Part shown: one piece after another, positions 40,868-54,608 of the stretch
How positions within the stretch are numbered: position 1 is the stretch's first letter
How the letters are laid out: every line of letters starts with the position of its first letter
Source of the DNA: Enoplolaimus lenunculus
Lineage: Eukaryota
NCBI GenBank assembly: GCA_030248215.1
Contig: JASANG010001204.1
Coordinates: forward strand, 124,001 to 188,000
Reading direction: 5' to 3'
DNA length: 64,000 nucleotides
The notes under the pieces: generated by a model
The model's input: the letters and a program-made list of their open reading frames with translations, nothing else
Told to the model about the DNA's origin: nothing
Database searches by the model: none
Position numbers and translations under genes: made by a program

Positions 40868-42469
40868 ATTTAAGAGGTGTCTTTCAGAAAAATAACAAAA
40901 GTTTAAAGACGCTTCGTAATTAGAAAATATGAGCCAAAACAACTACTGAAATAGTTGCAATATTTTACTGTGTTTATATATAATATGTTATCTCCAAAAG
41001 GAATATTAGAACCGGCACACCCCGCGGCTAATAGCCGAAGTATATCACCGACCTTAAGATTAATATATACATCTCACACGACCTTGCTTTAAGGCAAAAT
41101 GGTACAATCGAGGCTAAAACCACAACAAACCTTCTGCGTTCTCTTTAGAAACGGCTAATATTAGCAAAAATATAGCAGCCTCAGTTTTCAAATATCAAAG
41201 AATCATAGAAACCTGAATAGATCGTTCTATGTACCCCGAATGCATGTTCCAAAATCATGAACTACAGTACTCCCGACGTTACTATAGAAAAATTGGGTAT
41301 TCATCGACACGTGAGCCAATCACAAGGCTCACAGTATTAGTTTCAGAATAAATTTAGTCAAATCAAACCCTAACGTTGATCTTGAAAACGGTTTGATTTT
41401 TCGTAGGGTAAAAAATTAAATCCGATAAACCTTAAACGATTCGCCATTTAGATTCGAGTTTTCATTAAAATTTATATAAGGATTAAAGTTCCAAATAAAT
41501 CCTAAAGCGCTATTCACACGCGCAAGTTTTTGCTATGAGAACTTGCAGCTGCAAATTGCACGCAGAACAGGTCAGGCAAAACCAAAGGAATAATTAATAA
41601 TGTTATATGGAAAAATAAACTTGCTTAATATAAAACAGTTGTCTTCATGCTACATCGAAAGACTGCCAGATTTCAACACTGTCTAAAGTTCATTTTTGCG
41701 GCGATCTTCATACTTGCATTTATGACGGCACTGCGAGAAAATGTTTTATCGTTGAAGCTCATAATCTTCGGCCGACAAATCGATAATAGAAGAAACGAAC
41801 TGTTGTTAGAATTCACCGAATTTTTTGCAGTAAAATTAAATGTTAATATTTAATCAACTGAAAAGGTTTTTTTATTTCCGAAAGAATTTTTGAGAATAGA
41901 AAACGATCAAATATAAGATTTTTGCGAAAATCCAACTGAAACTGTAACGCTTATAAGTTGATCAGATACACGACGATTACCAAGATTAAATACACCTTAT
42001 TTGACGCATTTCCGAAGACGCTGAACAACGCTTGTTTGAAAACTTAAAATTTTTATCTGTATTCGTAAATTTGTGTAGCATTTCTCACTATCTGGTGATA
42101 TGACTTGCGGTTTTTGTGCCAGTAAGTGAAGAGGTTCAATATTCTTTGCAGTTATTGAATTTAATTTGTTCCATTTCTACGCCAATTTCAAAATTTTCAA
42201 TTGCAGGAGTTCGTTAGTTCGAACACGTATCGCTAGGTGTAGTGATAGGTGCTATTTATATGCATTTGCGAATATGGGCCATTAGTCAAGATGTAACGAG
42301 CTTATAAAAAACTCATTTCCAATTTATCAATTTCGGTTCATTTTCGCTTTATATTGCAATGTGGAGTTTCAGAAAACGTAATAAATTCACATTTGACAAT
42401 GTCTTTTTACGACGTTACCGTTATTATTTATGGCAAATGTCTTGAACAAGGCCGAACAAGTGCCTAATA

Positions 42470-42919
42470 CTGTAGTGTCTCGAATAAGAGTGGAACTGAT
42501 ATTTATTTGGCATCTCCAGAGGGTACTACGTGTTATTCGGTAAACTGACTGTTATTTATTTTTAACCCGCTCTCTGCCACCCTTAGTTACTGAGATATAT
42601 TTGGTACTGCGAGTATCTGTTGAATTATATAAACGTTTATTTGTCTTTTATCAAGAGCTTAGGCGATGATGTAAGGTTATACTTTAGGGAGTATACTTTC
42701 AAAACTTAATATTATTTTAAAGTTTCGAGCTCAACTTTATTTGTTCCTGGAGTTATTTATGCGCTACAATTAGCGATAATTGACATTTATGGACTCTATA
42801 TATGGTTAGGGGACTCTATTAGCTTACGGACTCTTATTAGGGATACGGGCTCCTATTTAGTGAGACTCAAAACGGTTACCCCCCTCTTGTTACCCCCTGT
42901 CTTATTCGGGTCACTAGAG
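42470..42919. mobile_element. MITE family A copy
   Basis: Both TIRs, TA flanks, colinear interior. Confidence 0.85.
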
Positions 42920-43891
42920 TATATATATTATTATTATTATTAATATATATTAATAGTTGAAAATCAAAATTTATGGGCAAACAAATTATAAAAGTTCTAC
43001 CTTATTCAAATGGCGCTATAACAAACAGCAAACAGGTTTAGACTTTCAGAAACTGTTTTCGCTAATAATTAATATATGAGTTATATATTTAATTATAAGA
43101 ATTCAAATACATAAATGTATTCTGTCTTGCGTTCCGATTCGTTCAATACGGTAATATCCAGCGGCTATTTAGCAAAACTTGAAGAATTTGAACTGTAATT
43201 ATTTGGTTATTACCCAAATTTTCAATAGTTTAACTGTTCTCTCAGGCTAACAACTCTATCAGTATACCGTTAAAAAGCCACCTGGGTATTATTTTGCAAG
43301 ATCAACGCACCAATCAGGTAAGTATAATATGTTGCTCCTTCCTATGCATGCGTGAATATATGATACACTTCAAGCAGTTAGATTGTTATACGCTAAAACA
43401 TTGCTGAACTTAAAGTGGACACTAAAACTCTATCTTGAAAATAGTACAGTTTCTAAGAATTTTAGTAATATAAGCTTAGCTTGCGTTCAACCGGATTAAT
43501 ATGGTAATTTTAGAGTCAAAACGCAAAAATTATCGCGTCGAATTGGTTGTAAAAAACTCTGCAAAATGAGGTGCCGTCAATTACCAGCTTGTGTTCTACA
43601 GTATGACTGTTTGTATTGGATGGTCGTAAGGTTTGTTCGTTCAATCGCCTTCGGCAATATGTTCAGCTGAAAGAAATCGGCGGCGACACGACCTGGTGCA
43701 GTGGAGTTTATATATGTTCGCGAACCGAAATATTGCATTCTGCATTGAAACTATTTAGGCATTCTCCCTTTTGCGTCTATATTAACAATTTTCGAATGTT
43801 CGCAGTCGCTGTGGATATATCAAGGTGGTCAGTCTAAGTGAACGTGGTTTATAACCGTAGAAGGCTTTGCTATTCAAACATAAATAGGACT

Positions 43892-44068
43892 GGCCCATGT
43901 ATAGAACAGGGCCGGATCGTTTTCCGGAGGGGCTAATAGAGTCAGTTTAAGTTTTAGACTATTTAGGCTTAAGAATACACTCATCCATACGCTTAGACTT
44001 AGGCTTAATAGGCTTAGGCTTAGGAATATGCTTTTACTACTGTTCCGGCCCTGTTCTATACATGGGCC
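43892..44068. mobile_element. MITE family B copy
   Basis: Perfect TIR GGCCCATGTATAGAACAGGGCCGGA and perfect TSD ATAGGACT. Confidence 0.9.
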
Positions 44069-44487
44069 ATAGGACTTATATATTTGACCTGGCTGGCGTT
44101 GATGTAGAATTATTGGACGAAATTCAAACAATTTTATCAAACTGCGTTACTGTTCTAGGCTTTCCGACCAATTTAAATGTGTAAGGCTTAGGGTTGCCAA
44201 TAAGTGAGCCATTTCAAACCGAAGTAAACATAAGCCTAATGCGTAAATGTGAGACAAACCCTGTGCACGAACCGGCTTCAGTGTTATATGTTCCTTTTTT
44301 AGGAGCTAGATTATAATACATAGGTTCCAACCGGTAGTGGATGCATGGTTTTCCGGCGGTGCAGAAATATATACTGTGACACCGATTCTGAATTCTCAAC
44401 AAGAAGTGTGAATTAATTCGTGTGGTTTAGCAACAGCAAACACTGAAAGGTTAAATTCATTTAATTTTGCGTTGCATTTGCGTCATG

Positions 44488-44669
44488 TACTATTAGCCTG
44501 TAAGCTAAGAACGCATACTATTAGCCTGTAAGCTAAGAACGCATACTGTTAGCCTGTAAGCTAAGAACACATACTGTTAGCCTGTAAGCTAAGAACACAT
44601 ACTGTTAGCCTGTAAGCTAAGAACGCATACTGTTAGCCTGTAAGCTAAGAATGCATACTGTTAGCCTGT
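44488..44669. repeat. Minisatellite, about 6.5 x 28 bp
   Basis: Unit TTAGCCTGTAAGCTAAGAAC(G/A)CATACT(G/A). Confidence 0.95.
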
Positions 44670-47223
44670 GGGAAACAATTGACATCGTAGTATTTGAACC
44701 ACAACGAGGCTACTACGAATTCAATCCCCATGTGCTTTATCATGTCGCGGAAACTTGCTCCTTAAACATCAATCCCTGTTTATTTATGCTACTGCATACG
44801 TGTTCGAAGCCAAAGAGTGGGACATTAGCCCTATGGAAGAATTTTGCCCCCTCTATGTCGACGTTTCTTCTAAATCGTCAAAAACTCTTCTATGTCCATC
44901 CTGACAAATGTTTCGCCTCCCAGCAAGGTGAGCTTACTACAGGCCGGACTCTATATAATTTCAGGGCTAACTTTGAGTAATAATTTTCAATAATTCGTCT
45001 ACATATTTCTATGTTGTCTTTGCCAAAAAGAAGGCAATATACTAAAAAACTGTGGCAGGCTCCATATGTGGGATCGCCTTAAAGTACGACAAATCAGTTG
45101 TTCTTTGAAATATTTCGGCTGTATACCAAGCAAGATTATTATGTAATATATCATCATAATCTTAACGTTGTGACCTATCTAATGACACCAAAATCAAGCC
45201 CCCGATTTGCGACGTAAAAATCCGCTGGTTTACGCGAAACATTTTCAAGTTGATTACGCAAAACATTTTCATTTTGATTAAATACACTAATGTATATAAG
45301 CTTTTGTCCCTGTGTAGAAATTAAGTTTTGGTTACAAAAGTTTGTTGTTGATTATCTCAGAAATCTTGGAACATTTTATATCAATTCAAAGATGAGGGTA
45401 TTTATATTTCGAAAGCTGTAATTATTTTTCAAAACGATTTTCGGAGACGCGCATAAGGAGTTGCCAGTTCTTACAGGTGAGTCTTAAAATTTTATAAGGG
45501 GGACCAAAATTTTTAGCAAGTCTGAGCAACCTCTTGCCTCCTCTGCTACCAGCACGTGTTATCTTAGCCAATTTCTTCCAAAACTAGCGATTGTTTGTTC
45601 TGGGACCGTGGTACAAGTCAGTTGTAGCACGGCTTATGATCCTTCCTTCCGGTACTTTTCCAATATGTAAATCGTCCGAATAATCATTCAGTTCTCATAG
45701 GTGTTTGGTGCAACTATCCGAATTGAAGTAACAAATTTACCACAAACCGGTATAGGCACTGAAACTAGACGTAACACAACCAGTTGAGGAATGCAAATCG
45801 ACTGCAAACTGTAATGTTGCAACTACTTCTAGTGCCAACTTCTGTTAGTCCATTTCAATTGCCATTGCGCTTCAAAATTGTCTCCAAAATAACATTTGAG
45901 TTAATATAGCGAGTTAAGACTTTAATCTGTGGTATTCTTAGGGTCTGAAATGACACGGCAAATTTATATTTTGCAGTCTACGTAACAGTTTGACTAATTT
46001 GCTTATGTTCTGAATGCCTCCTAATTTGAAAACACAAGATACAATGAAAATAATATAATTGTTTCAGTCTAAATTAGTAACAGGACGTGCACATTTTTAC
46101 GTTTCGGAATTTGCGAAACGTTGTTACAATGAGAACTTTGGTTGACATTGTGTTAACAGCAGCAGTAATTAGGTTATTTGGTGGGGTACCAGTGTTTTAA
46201 CAAACCTTCTTTTGTTCCTGGTACATTTTCCAGGAACCGAGTTCCTTTTACTGCTGTCGCTCTTTGTAATCTTGGTGTCGCACAAAATGCGGTGTCTGTC
46301 GCACATCGAGTGTTGACCGTTATCTGCGATAGCCATTGGTTTTTCAAATTAAACTGCTGCCGTTTCCCGCGATGCTATCCGATACAATCCGTATTTAAAT
46401 ATATAGTAGACGGATGTATGTTCATTTACCTCGTTAAGTTTGGTTAACATTGCTTTTTGTTTGTGTCTCGCAATATATATACCTGCTCATTTATTTCTCA
46501 ACAATAAAAATTTCATTTTTCTTTTGCAAATTTCTGCCGCGCACAGGAACAGAGTCTGTGCTAAATTTTGGATTTGCTGCTAGTACCCGGCTTAAAACCA
46601 TAAAACAATTCTGGGCGTCCTATGTATATACGTAATCTACGTTGTGCATCACATTTAGCTTTTCTATTACAGCTTAAAATCAATAAATATGCAACATTCA
46701 TTCATTTGAATCTCGATGATAATCCGAACTAATTAAATCCAAGTATATTTCCTATTATTCCATATCTGTCCGTCATCAAACATTTGTCTTGTCGCGGTGA
46801 AGTAGGTACGTAATGCCAAGCGTACAATAGGAATAAGCTATAAAAGCTATGGCTTAAGGTGTCAATTTACAGCTTATAACGTGAAAAGAATTAATCAAGA
46901 TAGTGTGCTGCAGTTTTAAATAGTTAGACCAACGTATAGAACAAGGGCGAAACAGTAGTATAAGCAAAATGCTTAAGCCTAAGCCTAAAGCGTAAGCGTA
47001 AAAATTTCCCCAGCGTATATTAGTAGAGTTGTTAAGTAAAATGTGGGGCACAAGAAATTTTTTTCGCTAATATTCAAATCTTATCATTCGGCCATAGGAG
47101 ACAAAAGTGAACGAAAAGATGAAACGAATTTATCACGCCGGCGCAATTGCGGCTATTCCTAATAAAGACGGCAACTATACATGCATAAGTAAAACAGTGT
47201 ATTGAAATTTTAACAAATGCTAT

Positions 47224-47422
47224 CAGGGCACGAGCAGCCACCCCCATACCTTCCATTTGGGGGGCCCCACCCTTAAAGGGGCCTCCACCCGAATCGGCTG
47301 AAACAAAAACCGCCGAAGTTTTAAAATGGATTTGCATGGTTGCCCGCACGCTTCGCTCGCGAGTTCCAGTCCATTACCCTGGAGTTTGTAGAGAACCCAA
47401 ACCCCTGCCTGCTCCGGCAGTG
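47224..47422. mobile_element. hAT-like short MITE family F copy
   Basis: CAGGGCACGAGCAG...CTGCTCCGGCAGTG; TSD AATGCTAT/AATGCCAT (7/8). Confidence 0.75.
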
Positions 47423-48737
47423 AATGCCATGACTTAAATATTCAAACTTTAATACTTTTAGTGTAAAGTTTTTGGGTAAAAACCAAATTTTAATTTTCTC
47501 AGATAATCAAAACGTGTACCTAAATATATTTTTTAATTCCAGAAAGGGTTTTTGCGAATACTAAAACATAGTTTTGCTTCATTTGTTGTTTTAAGTATAG
47601 TACTCAAGCTTAGCACAAGTTGATTTGAGGTTACCCGGCTTATGTCGATTAAATATATGATAGGTTTTGTAGTTAAAGCATTCTGGGAAAATTAATTACC
47701 CGGGAAAAGCTTCAGCTGTCTAAGTTGGAAAGTTCGAATTTAATGCTTATATATACTTTTAAAATTATGTCCCAATTTACAAACTTTTTTAAATGTAAGA
47801 ATGTTTGAGTTTAAACAAGTTAGAGCCATATATCGGGTGCAACCAAAGGTGAAAAGTACCGGATTCGGAGCCACAACCGGAGTCGCAAGTCAACGAAACT
47901 TACCAGAACCTGAGGTAAACCCGGAGTTGACGCAAACTTACGTAGTTGAAATCGTGTCTAATTTGTTTATTTTAGCAAATATCTGTAATGTATTGTTAAA
48001 TCGTTTGGTTTTGCTCTTATTTTTGGCACGGCAATTGTTTTCTCAAAATTGTGACAAAAGTTAAAACGAAACGCGCAAAACAGATAAATTTTGTTAAAAA
48101 ATATGCAAAATTTTACAACCGAAATTAATATATATTTGTCTATTTCCGTGAGTGTTTTGAATTTTATATTTATTTATAATTATAAAACAACTTGTGCTCA
48201 CTTGTGAATTTTGGTAAACAAAGGTAAGCCTTAGCCCAAATTATTACAAAAATTACAAAATTTCAAAAGCTGCGAAAGAAACCCGATCTGTTTTACTTTT
48301 TACAGTCTTTATATGACCAGCATGGAAGCATTCGACACAGGACAATTCTTAAAACCGCAACCATTTACCGAAAACAATTTCTGTCATTTTGAAGAGTACG
48401 TACGTAGAACAATTATTATCATTATGTCAAGCAATAAGTAGACTTTATCAATGTACTTATCGCTTTTATGGTTTGTCGCGCCGCTATAGCGCTTAGCTGC
48501 GCTCAAATATGTTCCGGCTGAAAAGACGTATGTATACATTTGATACGCAACAGTAATAAATTAATTGAATATAAGCACGGCTTGATAAGCACTGCTTCAC
48601 CAAGAAGTACTAAATGCGAGAGGCGAGATGGATTTTGAAGAGTCTTCGAGCAACCGCACAGAATTATTTGACTGAATAAAAGCTGAATTTTGCTCAGGAT
48701 TTAGTTGCAAATCCGCAAATTGAGGCTTAAATTTTAT

Positions 48738-49012
48738 AGCGATTGTCCACGTTAGCTAAAGGGGCGATGTTGAGTGGACATTTTATATGCTTGATCATAG
48801 TCTATTTATGTTCAGAACTTAGACAAAAACAGATAATATCATGGTACCACTGAACGCGAAAAATGTAGGGATTTTAGAGCGACTGCCCACGTTAGCAAAA
48901 GGAGCGATGTTAAGTGGAAATTTTATTTGCTTGATCATGGTCTATTAATGTTCAGAACTTAGACAAAAACAAATAATATCATGGTGCTGCTGAACGCGAA
49001 AAATGTAGGGAT
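48738..49012. repeat. Tandem duplication, 2 x 140 bp, diverged
   Basis: CCACGTTAGC at 48747 and 48887; scattered substitutions between units. Confidence 0.88.
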
Positions 49013-50534
49013 CGTAGGCGGCAGACGGAGTTTAATTATTTTCCTTAAGCTGGAGGCAGACCTCCGCTTAAAATCGTGCTAAACCTATTGAAATTGCACC
49101 TTTTACACACTAGCAGCTTAACCGTCAGTAACAACGCGTCACGTGTTAAAAGTCAGTAAAATTATTTGTACTTGCTGTTGAATGAAAAATTTTAAAAATT
49201 AAATTTTCGGTTTGAAATCATATTATTAACTATCATACTTTTCACAGCAGTACGTCGCCATGGCAGATAATCGCTCGTGATTGGTTGTAGCGCAGGCCCG
49301 TAGCCGGGGGCTAAAAAAATTTCTGTCGAGGACACACCAGGAATTTTGTTGACTAAGCCAGGTTGAAAAGTTTTTGGGGGAACAAAAATTTTTTCATGAG
49401 CCTGCGCCCCCCCTGTCTCTCCTTGGTTGCAGGGTCATTGTAGTGTTATTAATTTGCTTTCTCGCGTTTAATACCAAATGTGTCAACGTAAAACATGTGA
49501 TAAATATACGTTCGAATAAACGAAACAAATTGTCTTTGTATATTTCAAAGATGCGAATAACGTTCTGCAAAACGATTGTTTATTTTGATTTGGTATTAAA
49601 AATTATATTAACCAGTTTGACAACTCAACAATATTTCAGGTTGCTCCGCCTGTTTCTTGTTTATCAACAAGCTTGTCTTACATTTGGCGTGCCATATCTC
49701 AAGAGATAATCCAATTCGTTGAACAGACTACGATTGGAACCAAAATGTCGTCTTTAATACGCAACAAGCTTGATGGTGTCGAATTTCTTACTTCTATGGA
49801 ACGCCATTAATTTAAAGTCTTTTACTAATATTTTATGCACAAAGCAAAATTTCGACCAAATTTTCCTCGGCACAGGGTCTGTAGGGTTATTAAATCAGGT
49901 ATTTCATCTTATAATTGCTAAAAGTATAAAACTTATCGAATGGTCTGTAAAATTATGGCTTGTAAAACATTTTGAAATTTACCATTGGTATATATAATGT
50001 GTATAGTTGTAAGATTTTAATATCTAACCTTTCAATAAACTAGTGCTGATACTGCAAAATTTATAATACTTTTTGCCCTCACTTGAACCTGTGTGTTTTG
50101 TGTTTTTACACCTATAAAAATGCATGAAACTGCGTCTGCAAAGGAAAATTTAAAATTGGAAAAGGCGACAAGTTTTAACGTCAATGAGAACTTGGCTTGA
50201 AAATCTAGGAAAACACAAGATGGCACATAGGAAAATACATTCGCCGGAACCAGAGAAATTTTGGGAAAATTCACTTCGAGCGTGGTTTTGTGGTAAAATT
50301 GAATAACAAACAAAATTGACCAACTTAACGTTTGCTTAAAGTACCAATTTACATAGGAACTTGCTTTGATCTCCGAATGGTTGTTCAATGCCCTGATTCT
50401 TACTCAAGAGAAGTTTAGCCATGGGCGCAGCAGATAATTCAGAAACGAAGCAAACCACATACGATGGGGCCTGATAGTATATGGGCGAAGAAACTTCGCG
50501 AGCGTAGCGAACTAGAATCCAAATCTGTTTAATT

Positions 50535-50734
50535 GACCAATGTAAAGAACAGGGGCGGAACAGTATTGTAAGCATATACCTAAGTCAAAGTCTAAGCCTA
50601 AGCGAAAGAATGAGCATATTCCTACGCCTAAGGCTAAGCCTAAGCATAAGCCAAGCAAAAAATAATCTAATGGTTCAGCTTACTCCATTGTAGTCCTACA
50701 GAAAACCATTGCGGCCCTGATCTTTACATGGGCC
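50535..50734. mobile_element. MITE family B copy
   Basis: TIRs and hexamer core. Further degraded copies lie near 12654, 23940, 32790, 36600, 46930, 53815 and 59050-59225. Confidence 0.78.
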
Positions 50735-51839
50735 ATAATTTTTAAGATGAACAGCTTTCTCTTGTTTCATACAATTTTTATTCTGTGTACACAAAATTTT
50801 CCGACTGAAAATGTAAGGGGCCGGTCGTCTGCCGCCACAGCTCCAGCACCACTAAATTAAGTGATTATTTGATTACATAAGAGAAGCTAAAATGTGTTTA
50901 CTTCCTCCTCAAAAAGTTCTCTACATGAAATGACCGGAGTAAACAGAAAAAGCTAAGCAGGATTCTCAACGGAATTCCGATTCCAAATGAAATTCTATGC
51001 AAATTTTTTATTCTGAGTCTGATTCCGACTCATTTTCGGTTTCGAGACTTTTTGCTAACATTATTTTAAATTTTAAATTTAGGAAACCCAATCTTGCTTT
51101 AATGCAATGAAAACGAGCTAAAATGCATCGCAAGGCCTCTAAATTGAAAGGAACTGTTGTAGAATGCCCACCCTACAAAAATACACGGAAAACTTTTTCA
51201 TTAACCATCATAGCTGAGCCAAATTTTTTTAAAAATTTTGTGCCATTTTTTCTAGGCAGGCTGTGACCCCCTGAACCCACGTATTTTGAAAGGACACTGA
51301 TCAGGATAGAGGGATGTCGCATCCAAATTTCCATATTAAGCAATTCATTATTGAGACAACAAAAACCGTTGATAAAGTACTTCGGGACTGTTTTAGCGTA
51401 TGAGTAGAAAGACCGCTTACTGTGTGCTGTGTGGTACTCGGCGGGCGGCAAATCCTGATCCTGATTAGTACACTGCCGTATTATGGGAGGCTCAGGATGT
51501 CGATAGCTTGCCTGAATTGGCGAATTAGAAGTACTTACAAAGAATGCTCAGTTTCTTAAACAGTGAGGTAACTTTCCCAAAACACCAACAGTTTACGTGA
51601 AACACATCGTTCCGGTTTTACCAGACAGAACAATAAATAACACCAAACATCACTTAAAATTCATATTTCCAACTTTGATTTCGATTTCAACCGATTTGTT
51701 AGGGTTGGAATCCAAATGCATACGCTTCAAATTAGGCGCATGTTTGTAATATATATTATACAGTATGCACGAGTTTGCTTTCCATCAGAATACACATTAG
51801 CCTGAGTTAAGTAATCAAGTACCGAGTTGCTGACTTAAA

Positions 51840-52184
51840 CTCTCTAAAAACTTAATGTTAAATTATAGCTTAACTAAACTTGAATATCAGCTTAAGTAAA
51901 ACTTAAATGGCTCGACGGACTAACTAAACTAGAATTTTAAGTTTTACTTAAACTAACGTGTTTTTAAGTTTAACACGAGATTAAGTAAACTTATTTTTAG
52001 ATTAAGTAACAAGTGCAACTGTGTATCTAAAAGTTCAATAAGTTTAGCTTAAACTGAAAATAAGTAACATTTTAAATGAGTTTAAGCGTAAACCTACCAG
52101 TTAGTTTAGTTAATCTTGAAAGTTAGTTTAATACTGGTGGATTAGCTTTAAATTTAAATCAAGTTAGTTTAAGCTTTTAGAGAG
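51840..52184. mobile_element. AT-rich MITE family E copy
   Basis: TIR CTCTCTAAAA(A/G)CTTAA; interior built from TTAAG/TTAAAC motifs. Confidence 0.78.
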
Positions 52185-52912
52185 AAGTTATCGATTCCTA
52201 TTAATTTACAAACGATGCTGTGACTGTGGTATAAATTTTCTATATTTTTGTTCCTTAATTGAATTAGCTTGTCTCGTCTTATATCGCACAGTAAATATCA
52301 TCAATTGCGGATTGGGTGTCAAAAAGAAACTGTTGAAAATCGGCCTACTAGCCTTAGCTTTGAAGACGCGACCGAAATTTGTAAAGAAATTGGAAGAAAA
52401 ATCGATTATAGCATAAAGTCCAAACTGAACTTATATATTAATGTTGAATACTTGAATTCAAATCGCGCTACGCGAAGTAATTCCACTGCTAAAATGCGCA
52501 CAAACCAGCAACTGCAGAGTGTAGTTTTGCTTATGACGCTACATCTTAATTATTGTTTTTTTCGCAATCCCGGTCAAAGATTTGTGTTTTAATATACAAA
52601 ATCGCAGCTAATCATCATAGTTTTGATGCTGTTCGGAAAGATTTTGCCAATATTTATCAGCATTGCTGCGAGATATACTGGTGTTGTTGTTGTTTATTGC
52701 TCAATAAAATCAATTATATACTTGTCAGCGTCAGATTGCTGGTTTAATGTATATTTTACGAAATCCTAAATTTATGGTTGACAAAACTTTTAAAAATTGT
52801 ATGGTTTTAAGGAAGAAAGCAGCAGAAAAAATGCAAAACTTCAGTAAATCGTCTCGCCTTCTCATTTTCTCAGTTCATAAATCGGCTGTTTCCAACTTTA
52901 CTTCACGTTTAA

Positions 52913-53172
52913 CCCTTTCACTCATAGAGTATACTATGAGCAACTAAATACAATGTAAGAGCAATACACGCACTGTTAGCAGTGTTTAACATTTATAACA
53001 TATATGCTCAGTGCAAAATTTCCACAAGACGTGAGAGCCCCCTTCGGCTCGAGCGTTAAGCTCCTATAGCTCAGTGGTCATCGTAAACGCCTCCCACCCG
53101 TGAGACTGGGGATCGAAACTCACCTTGAAATTACATCTCAAATGAAATTGAAAATATTCATGTGAGAAAGGG
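52913..53172. mobile_element. piggyBac-like MITE family D, diverged copy in opposite orientation
   Basis: TTAA|CCCTTTCACTCAT...ATGTGAGAAAGGG|TTAC; plus-strand A box TAGCTCAGTGG (53067-53077). Confidence 0.8.
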
Positions 53173-53605
53173 TTACGGTTTAGGTTAGGCAAAGACATTG
53201 GCTTCGGCGTATGTTCTGGCATCATAGGCCAACATTTACCTAAGATAAAGTGTATTTGTTTGAAATACAAAACAAAGAAACGTATTCTTTTGACTAAAAG
53301 AAAAGCAGAAGTATTCATTCTGCAAGATAAGAAGCTCCTATAGCTCAGTGGTCATCGTAAACGCCTCCCACCCGTGAGACTGGGGATCGAAACTCACCTT
53401 GAAATTACATCTCAAATGAAATTGAAAATATTCATGTGAGAAAGGGTTACGGTTTAGGTTAGGCAAAGACATTGGCTTCGGCGTATGTTCTGGCATCATA
53501 GGCCAACATTTACCTAAGATAAAGCGTATTTGTTTGAAATACAAAACAAAGAAACGTATTCTTTTGACTAAAAGAAAAGCAGAAGTATTCATTCTGCAAG
53601 ATAAG
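53058..53605. repeat. Tandem duplication, 2 x 274 bp
   Basis: Units 53058-53331 and 53332-53605; one mismatch noticed (AAGTGTAT vs AAGCGTAT). Confidence 0.95.
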
Positions 53606-54608
53606 AAAAATCATAAATGTGTCATAGACGCTCATCGACATTCCAAGGGCAAAATGCACACTACTTGTCAGCTTGGCAGGTTCACAGTTGTCATTAACCA
53701 ACGTAATTTCTGTTTTGTAGGAGTTCGTAGCCGTTTTCAGCATATGATTATTTTGTCTCTATTTATTTTCATTATTTGCCGTTTGTTAATACGAACCTGT
53801 TTTATATTTTGGTTAATGTATGAAACAGGACCGTTACACTAGTATACGCATATTGTTAAGCCGTACGGCTGAGCCTAAGCCTAAGCGAAAAATAGTATAA
53901 AGTTTAAGCTCAATCTATTGCTGTCACGCAGAAAAACGTTCCGCCCCTGATCTTTAGATCGGTCTATTTTTATCAAGCATGAGTCTCGTTTGGCACGGTT
54001 GACTGCTTTGTACCTTTGATACGCAGCTGGAGGCGGATGAGAATCAATATTAGACGTGTAATTTTACTAATTTTAATAATAATCTGCTGAGAGCTGTCAA
54101 AATGTTCGTTTTAAGCTTCTTATTTCAAAAAATCTCACCAAATGAAATCTGCAAAAATTGTTGGACTGCAAAAAACTCACGGAAGGGCACAACTTTCAAA
54201 ATTAAATATATAACAATTTCATTACCGATATTGTCAGAACTTCCCACAAAAAATTTTCCCGAAACGTGGTCAGGGGTCAATTTGCACCGGAACCGGAACC
54301 AAAGGCCACCTATCGGTTGTACACTGTTTGGTTAAGACTTAGCCTAAGCTTAAAATAAAACAGTTGCCCCCTTTGACTCCCATCACTAAAGCGGCTGCTG
54401 TGCTGATATAAAATCGGAAACGCCGTGAAGCAGTTTTATTCGTCACAATTCAATTTGAGTAACTTGCGTGCAAATTCTTCGAAAATAAATAACGACCACA
54501 CGTAACCTTGCAATTTTTTTGTCTCAAACTAACTTTTTTATTTGTGACAAAATTATCTGAACTGATCATATCTACAAACTAAAATGTTACTTCAACAACT
54601 GTTACAGC

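Noticed and set aside
44488..44669. 28-bp repeat array as a CRISPR
   Set aside because: Units are directly adjacent with no spacers, there are no cas genes, and the context is eukaryotic.
53064..53592. Two near-identical 84-aa minus-strand ORFs as duplicated genes
   Set aside because: They are by-products of the 274-bp duplication, run across a MITE boundary and have no recognisable motif.
54102..54335. ORF containing NQRPPIG as GGH exon 1
   Set aside because: It has no signal peptide and a weak donor (gttgta). Exon 54609-54714 has RPIIG, a good donor and matches the paralog.
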